DNA from: Calditrichia bacterium
GTDB lineage: Bacteria; Calditrichota; Calditrichia; RBG-13-44-9; J075
DNA: 64,000 nt
Direction: 5' to 3'
Assembly (NCBI GenBank): GCA_028284445.1
Contig: JANQRS010000018.1
Span: forward strand, 1-64,000
Within the stretch, counting starts at the first letter, position 1, and each line of letters opens with the position of its first letter. Under the pieces are notes generated by a model. The model saw nothing but the letters and a program-made list of their open reading frames with translations. It was not told the DNA's origin and did not search any database. Shown here in pieces: positions 58,162-64,000 of the stretch. A program made the translations under genes and the position numbers.

Positions 58162-61100
58162 TTATTCTGGCCGGTTCAATTTACTGAGAAGTCGATCATA
58201 TATAAAATTCGCGATCAGACCGTCAAAGCAATAAGTACCGGCAGCATTGTCCATCGTGCAGCGATCATGGCGCGGATCACGATCCGGGAAATATGCGCCC
58301 CAATTCTCTTCCGCTGAAGGATGACTAAGATCGGAATTAAAAATACTGCCATTATATTCGGCGAAAGCCTTATGCACCGGACTCATCTTACCAATACTGG
58401 GGATCGCCTGCTCCAGACGATTCACATAAAAAGATGATTTTCGGTCAGGATTGACAAACGACGGATAATACTCGTCAACACAAGCACCATTAAAGGCACT
58501 GGACATTGCATGCGCGAATTCGTGGATATACGTATCATTGTCCACACCCCAAATATTGATGGCAATCCGGCCTTTGCGGGCTGAATGATATTCATGAATG
58601 AAACGGAAAGGCGCTTGCGGATAACGATTGTGATGTATGGTATCGCCTTTGCTGCCTCTTCGGAAATCGCCGGGAGCGGGGATTGGTTCAGTTGGGGCAA
58701 GCGGATCGGAATCAAAATTGTATGGCACCCCATCAGGTTCATTTTGAAAATAGGGGTCCTGAAAGTTGTTCGGGTCTTGAAATTCCTGCCAATCGCTATA
58801 ATGGGCCGAGGCACGAGTATATTTTAGATTGGCTGATAAGGCAATTATCACATCTGTATCTTCGTACAAGCGCTGCCAATTCATACCAGGTATTTCATCA
58901 AGATCTTTTGCATGCATTTCGAGGATATGCGAATAACTGTCTTGCATTCGTGCCATGGCATCGAGGCTCTCTCCATCTCCTATGCCGTCTCCAAAACCAA
59001 CAAGGTTAAGAGATGGCTGCAACATGCCAAATTCATCAGCGCGCTCGGAGTAGGCATCCCAATTTGGATCAAAAACTGTCACAATTCTAATTCGTGACCA
59101 GATATCATCTTGCCCGAGCACTTCGTTTATTTCAAAATTGTAAAGCGCTTCATTCACGGCTTGCAGAAATAGGTCCAATCTATAACGAATAAGATCCAGC
59201 AGATAATCACCCGCCTCATTTTCATCTCCGTCGCGACTTAACAAAAACGGATTGGCAACGAAGGCAATCGTGTATGGACGAACCGGTGGATTTTCAATTC
59301 TATAATTATATAGATTTCGTTCATTAAATTTGAAGTAGCTCGCACCTGCAGTGTCAATTTTTTCCAGGATCTGTCTGGCAATTTTGTTGTTATCACCCTG
59401 GTTTAGACGCATTAACCTTGTCAATTCACCAAATAAGTGATCAAATATCGTTTCCAAATGTCTTTTGCCGGGCGTTTCAAATCGGGAGACCCAGAAGCCA
59501 AGAAAAGAAGTCCTGTTATTTGCGGTCAGAATCTCATAAAGGTAGCGGATTTCGAAACGAAGGAGATTCTCGTCCTGGAAGTCCAACTCTTGTCCCAGAA
59601 ACAGGCTAATTCGCTTCAATAATTCAACAGCTCTTTCATCTTGTTGATTTATTAATTCTGAAATTCTATGCTCTAGTTCTGTTGTCAGCTCACCTTGCAG
59701 GGCTGGATCTCGCAGAAATTGAAGTCTGCACTTCTCGTTCAGAACCCCAAAATACCTTCGAGCATTTTTGATCAAGTTATCTTTATCATGATCGCCAGCC
59801 TCGCTATTTGCAGGCAAAAAGGCGATCTGCTCTATTATCGATTGATAAATCTCAAAATCAGTTTCCCGTTCAGGATCAGAATCGCTGACTTTCAATTGAT
59901 CAATGAAAGAAGCAACATCGTCTATTCCCAGCTTTTGCTGAACGTTCAGCTTTGTGTCATCGTCCAAACCTTCAAAGTGATCTTCGATTTCAGTTAATAT
60001 ATCTTCAATAGATAATATGTCTTCATCATACAAACCGGCAATAACATCGAGGAGGCGAGGCACAGAAAGTGGACTAATCAGCTCAACTTTTTGCAGCAAA
60101 GTGGCAAATTGCCGAAATCGCCGTTCCATGGCTTGCACGATACGCCGCCAAGCTACATCACCAGGGACTTCAAGTTTTCCCTTTAAGGCGTTTTGTTGTT
60201 CCTCCGTCAGTTGATTATAAGCGAAAGCGAAGAACTTGTGTACATCGGTATAGTTCATTGACAGCAAGCAACGCCTTAAGCGGAGTTCAAACAGTGTTTT
60301 CAGATCTGACTGTAAATTATCGCGAATGTATTCCATCCTGTCGCAGAGAATATCCGCTTGCCGCTGTTTTCTGCGAGCTTCCGGCATGCTGAGGGCACGA
60401 AGCACGGATTCGCGCTGAGCATCACTAACATCTGTATTCTCTTCTTTAAAAAAGGCAGTCAGTTTTTCATTGATTTTTTTGATATCCCTTTCGAGACCGG
60501 TACTGCCAACCTGGCGCAACCTTCCATACCAGGACAGCGGCTTAAATATTTCCAGCAGCCCCCGGGTTTCACTCTTAATGGGGGATTTAATAATATTGAC
60601 AATCTTTTTGGTATCGTAGGCAAAGACAGTCATGACTTTCTTGCGTAAGAAAATTCTGATGTAGAGATAAACCACATCATTGTATAAGATAGCAAATAGA
60701 ATTCCGATCAAATATCCCCATAGATACCATTTCGCAACGGTGATAAACTCAGGCAAATAAGTGGGCGAAAAATCAGCCCAAATTGATACTATTTGGGTTA
60801 CAAACAGGAACAAAAGCACCATGAGGAAAAAAGGTGTGCCCCATACAGAACCGGCGATGAATATCAACAAGATGATTAAGGAGATATACAGTGGTGGAAG
60901 ATTCGCTGCCCCGGCCAACTGCATTTGTGCATCCAGGCATAATTCTTCCTCTACCTGGCCGGGCTTCAGTGCACATTTGTCGGCACAACGAACCTCTAAG
61001 CAATCGGGCTGTAAAAGATGGCCACTACATTCGCCAATACAACGACTATCCAAGGCAATATTTTGCGAAATTGGAATAATGACTACCAGAATAACAACAA

Positions 61101-61290
61101 GCAAAGCCACAGACATCCCGTACAGGTGAATACGAAACATTGTTCGGCGGGGCAGCCGTCGCACTTGCAACAATGACAATCGTCTCCCAAAAAGATGGTC
61201 CCGACCGGCTTGCTTTAATATCCACGTTAAGATATCCATTAGAATAAGGAAAATACTAACCATTGCTCCTCCTCCAAGAAGTCGATTCAA
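58162..61290 (-). CDS. Large polytopic membrane protein (1042 aa) with a C-terminal HExxH zinc-metallopeptidase-like motif; family unknown
   Basis: N-terminal about 230 aa has 5 or more TM helices and a Cys-rich loop (DSRCIGECSGHLLQPDCLEVRCADKCALKPG). About 800 aa of soluble region follows. A HEFAH motif sits in the context DTYIHEFAHAMSSAFNGACVDEYYP near the C-terminus. 27-nt gap to the TPR-CHAT gene and 40-nt gap to the anti-sigma gene. Confidence 0.6.
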   Translation of the reverse strand: MNRLLGGGAMVSIFLILMDILTWILKQAGRDHLFGRRLSLLQVRRLPRRTMFRIHLYGMSVALLVVILVVIIPISQNIALDSRCIGECSGHLLQPDCLEVRCADKCALKPGQVEEELCLDAQMQLAGAANLPPLYISLIILLIFIAGSVWGTPFFLMVLLFLFVTQIVSIWADFSPTYLPEFITVAKWYLWGYLIGILFAILYNDVVYLYIRIFLRKKVMTVFAYDTKKIVNIIKSPIKSETRGLLEIFKPLSWYGRLRQVGSTGLERDIKKINEKLTAFFKEENTDVSDAQRESVLRALSMPEARRKQRQADILCDRMEYIRDNLQSDLKTLFELRLRRCLLSMNYTDVHKFFAFAYNQLTEEQQNALKGKLEVPGDVAWRRIVQAMERRFRQFATLLQKVELISPLSVPRLLDVIAGLYDEDILSIEDILTEIEDHFEGLDDDTKLNVQQKLGIDDVASFIDQLKVSDSDPERETDFEIYQSIIEQIAFLPANSEAGDHDKDNLIKNARRYFGVLNEKCRLQFLRDPALQGELTTELEHRISELINQQDERAVELLKRISLFLGQELDFQDENLLRFEIRYLYEILTANNRTSFLGFWVSRFETPGKRHLETIFDHLFGELTRLMRLNQGDNNKIARQILEKIDTAGASYFKFNERNLYNYRIENPPVRPYTIAFVANPFLLSRDGDENEAGDYLLDLIRYRLDLFLQAVNEALYNFEINEVLGQDDIWSRIRIVTVFDPNWDAYSERADEFGMLQPSLNLVGFGDGIGDGESLDAMARMQDSYSHILEMHAKDLDEIPGMNWQRLYEDTDVIIALSANLKYTRASAHYSDWQEFQDPNNFQDPYFQNEPDGVPYNFDSDPLAPTEPIPAPGDFRRGSKGDTIHHNRYPQAPFRFIHEYHSARKGRIAINIWGVDNDTYIHEFAHAMSSAFNGACVDEYYPSFVNPDRKSSFYVNRLEQAIPSIGKMSPVHKAFAEYNGSIFNSDLSHPSAEENWGAYFPDRDPRHDRCTMDNAAGTYCFDGLIANFIYDRLLSKLNRPE

Positions 61291-61329
61291 TAAATCAGCG
61301 GTGATTTTTGTAGATGACTATCGGTACTA

Positions 61330-62376
61330 TTAGTGACCTTGTCCGGGCGGCGCTTGCTTCTCCTTCAGATCTTCAGCAATCCGCCGTCGCATTTTTTCAG
61401 CGATGATTTTCCACCCCGGATCCTCTTCCTGCTCGATATATACCGAGAGCAATTGGATGGCATCATGAAGCTCTCCATTTATCCGCTTAAGCAACGCAAG
61501 ATTAAATCTTGCTTCCTTAAGAGTCTGATCTTTTGCAAGTGATTTTTCGAAGTAATATGATGCACTATCATAGGCCAAAATCCGAAAACAGAAGACACCA
61601 ATATCATTTAGCTGCTCAGCACTAATATTCTCACTTGCGCGAATTCTAGCCAGATCCTTTTCCGCCTGATTGATATCTCCTTCAATCAATGATATCTGAA
61701 AGGCCAATCGCATGGCCTCTGCATGGCGAACATCTTCGACGAGTACATTCTGTAAATTCTCTTTGGCTTTATCGATCGAGCGGTTATTGTCAGACCCAGT
61801 ATTTTCAGACATTATTCCCTCCAGAGCGGTGGGAGAATAGTTACCGACAATTCTTACTGCGCTTTCGCTACCAGCTCCTATATCAACTAGATAGTTTTCT
61901 TCAAGTATCGCTTTTGTTTCACTAATTTGAGCCATTGTTCTATATGTACCAAGCCCCCAACTCCCGCCGAAGACAACCAAAATTACCGCGGCGGCTGTTG
62001 TCAAATACTGCCAAGCTTGATAGCGGGGCATCTTCTTTCCCGGAATGTCGACCGGCTTGTTTTCGTCTTCCAACTTGCGTCTTGTATTTGACTGTGCCCG
62101 GATTTCAGCGACAATATTAGCTGCCTGTTCTTCCGGACTAAGTGCAAATAATCCCTCAATCTCTCTTAGCTCTTTCTCTGTTGGCTCCCCGCCATATTGC
62201 ATATGATCCAGCAACATTGAATAGCACTGTTCACATTCATTTACGTGTTCATATATTTTGCGATTCTCATCGTCACTGGTCTGCCTGTCCATGTGCCTAA
62301 GTAACATATTTGTATATCGACATCGCATTTTCTGTCGTTCTCCATTAACATGTTTTATGATATCCGTTGCACTCAT
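61330..62376 (-). CDS. Anti-sigma factor-like protein: N-terminal zf-HC2 zinc finger, one TM helix, C-terminal TPR domain
   Basis: zf-HC2 pattern (C-x-...-H-x3-C-x2-C: MRCRY ... EHVNECEQCY); TM helix (WQYLTTAAAVILVVFGGSWGLGTY); C-terminal TPR-like repeats (YYFEKSLAKDQTLKEARFNLALLKRINGELHDAIQLL). Confidence 0.6.
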   Translation of the reverse strand: MSATDIIKHVNGERQKMRCRYTNMLLRHMDRQTSDDENRKIYEHVNECEQCYSMLLDHMQYGGEPTEKELREIEGLFALSPEEQAANIVAEIRAQSNTRRKLEDENKPVDIPGKKMPRYQAWQYLTTAAAVILVVFGGSWGLGTYRTMAQISETKAILEENYLVDIGAGSESAVRIVGNYSPTALEGIMSENTGSDNNRSIDKAKENLQNVLVEDVRHAEAMRLAFQISLIEGDINQAEKDLARIRASENISAEQLNDIGVFCFRILAYDSASYYFEKSLAKDQTLKEARFNLALLKRINGELHDAIQLLSVYIEQEEDPGWKIIAEKMRRRIAEDLKEKQAPPGQGH

Positions 62377-62515
62377 ATGACGCTACCTCACCCATCATTA
62401 TGATTAATACCTCCCTGATAGCCTGTAATTTGCTGCTTGATCAGGATTATTATTCCAGATTCCCCGTTTTGCATTTTGAGCTATGTATAGATTTGCTACG
62501 TTATATCATATAAAC

Positions 62516-63154
62516 CTACATTGCAGAAGGTGCCACAATCCTTTGTCCGTCAATGCAGTGATTCCGAATCAGTTTGTGAAGCCCGTCAATTATGCGACAG
62601 ATACTGCTAAAGTGTAGGTTTACATTTAAACTTTCCGCGATATCCTTTTTGGGAATCCCGTTGAAGTAGTGCAGGGTATAGATCAGCTTATTGCGCTGCT
62701 TGTGCTTATGCTTGACCATTATTTCTTCCAGGCAGGCTTCAACAGCTTCGCGCAAATCTTCCGGTATCGCCTCAAAATCCGTTTCTATATCAGGAAAATC
62801 ACGCTCACTTGCAGGTGTCGGCTGTTTACTTTCTTCCTTCAGGAACCTTACGGCCTCTCGATGTGAAATAGTTCTCAGATAGTTGATGATTGTCCCATCA
62901 TACCTGTTCTCGAGCTGCCGTAAAGCCCGGCAGTCCTTATTCGCTAAAATGCTATAGACTCTCGATACCACTTCATTAACCATTGAGAGCTCAGAGTAAT
63001 CATACTGCCGGAAAACCTGATACACTTTGTAGCCAATAACCTTGGTTTGATATCGCCGAACGAACTCGATCCAAAAAAGGTCATTTTCGTAATCATTCTT
63101 CATAAGATCGATGAACTCCTTATTCGACAATTCTCTCAGTTGCGTATTCTTCAT
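62516..63154 (-). CDS. Divergent ECF-type sigma-70 family RNA polymerase sigma factor (212 aa)
   Basis: Region 2-like (LFWIEFVRRYQTKVIGYKVYQVF) and region 4 HTH-like (RNKLIYTLHYFNGIPKKDIAESLNVNLHFSSICRI) segments; size typical of ECF sigma factors; first gene of the operon (140-nt gap to the anti-sigma gene). Confidence 0.5.
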   Translation of the reverse strand: MKNTQLRELSNKEFIDLMKNDYENDLFWIEFVRRYQTKVIGYKVYQVFRQYDYSELSMVNEVVSRVYSILANKDCRALRQLENRYDGTIINYLRTISHREAVRFLKEESKQPTPASERDFPDIETDFEAIPEDLREAVEACLEEIMVKHKHKQRNKLIYTLHYFNGIPKKDIAESLNVNLHFSSICRIIDGLHKLIRNHCIDGQRIVAPSAM

Positions 63155-63855
63155 TAGCTTTAGTCCTCACTCCGCTTTTCAGAAACGTATTTAGTTTGAA
63201 TCTTTTTGAGATATTCAGAACATTGTCCCCTCCTTTCTACCAGGAGCCCCTCGGCCGGTAATCGTCCGTTATGGGCAACTTGACATTTCTTGAGAGCAAA
63301 ACTTGCCAGACATAACTGGCCACATTTATCGCCTTATACATATATAGAGCGAATTACTCAAAGAATGTTGTATTTTTTCTTGAAAAATATCTATATTTTT
63401 TCATACTTCCTTACCAACTCGAGAACTCGTGTTTACTCCAGTATGTCAAGTATGCGATTCCACTTTGACCGAAGCCCCTGTTCCTAATAGACTTAATTGC
63501 CTCACAAAGAAACGCCTTATTGGCGCGTGAGATAGTACGGCTTGGCTATAAGGCAGTTCGACTTTATAATTTGCAATCCAGGCAACAATCCACATTGCCA
63601 AACAATCCCCCTGCAAAAACAGGTTGGGTTTATTCGAAACGCTTCCGCCCTAGTCAATTTTTCCGAAACAAGAGATAAAGTTAATCCCCTCCTCTTTTTA
63701 GATAAGCACAACAATTTTGGCATACCTGCTACAGCCTGATATGAGAGTTGTCAATTGAGAGAGCGACTGTCAATCGAGGAATTAGTAGGTAGAGTTCTCA
63801 TGCCTAAACATCTATCGGCACTTTTAAAGTGTCAAACCTCGGAAGGGAGATTTTC

Positions 63856-64000
63856 ATGCCGAACAAAAGGAATATTACTTGCCACCTGGAAAGAATACGG
63901 TGTATCGATGAGGCCGACGGCCCAGGCAAATCAGAACCGTATTTGTGGACCGTGTTTCTACGTGTTGATGGAGAAGATATTAGCCAGCACCCCGATGACC
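63856..64000 (+). CDS. 5' fragment of a hypothetical protein (runs off the window end)
   Basis: ATG preceded by an RBS-like GGAAGGGAGA 5 nt upstream; open to the window end (MPNKRNITCHLERIRCIDEADGPGKSEPYLWTVFLRVDGEDISQHPDD...). Divergent from the sigma operon. Confidence 0.3.
   Translation, partial: MPNKRNITCHLERIRCIDEADGPGKSEPYLWTVFLRVDGEDISQHPDD

Overview
This 64 kb window is dense with genes and looks like an accessory region of an FCB-group bacterium (Bacteroidota, Ignavibacteriota or Calditrichota-like). The lineage call rests on four cargo proteins with type-9-secretion C-terminal sorting domains (the NYPNPFNP motif), a Bacteroidota-style hybrid two-component regulator (Y_Y_Y propeller, HisKA, REC and AraC domains), a tandem FtsX permease and a TonB-dependent receptor. 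The content is dominated by signal transduction and secreted or outer-membrane proteins. There are two 7TMR-DISM sensor kinases, three membrane-embedded AraC-type regulators (two sit beside beta-lactamase-fold serine hydrolases), and a TetR gene with an M50/CBS protease that shares a direct-repeat operator-like motif with the promoter region of the TonB receptor gene. There is also a GH28 pectinase-like gene, a retropepsin-like aspartic protease with a PDZ domain, and an unusual PLC-type phosphoesterase fusion that lacks a signal peptide.

The most interesting locus is a tightly packed six-gene minus-strand operon at 53.6-63.2 kb. It encodes an ECF-like sigma factor, a zf-HC2/TPR anti-sigma factor, a 1042-aa polytopic membrane protein with a C-terminal HExxH motif, a membrane-anchored TPR-CHAT (caspase-like) protein, and two small envelope proteins. 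This looks like a previously undescribed protease-driven route for releasing a sigma factor, conceptually parallel to the TPR-CHAT/RpoE module of type III-E CRISPR loci, but with no cas genes or CRISPR array anywhere in the window.

Non-coding features include a family of short repeats (a 9-bp tandem array plus GAGCTAGAG and GTGACTAAAG motifs) found immediately 3' of three minus-strand genes. There is also a long nested stem-loop element between convergent genes at 43.1-43.3 kb. A degenerate tRNA-Asn-like gene at 7718-7794 carries an ATT anticodon and a broken acceptor stem. The T9SS adhesin-like gene at 2835-4796 contains a near-identical 115-bp in-frame internal duplication. No CRISPR array, integrase or transposase was found. 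All calls are from reading the sequence and motifs by eye; no database searches were run.
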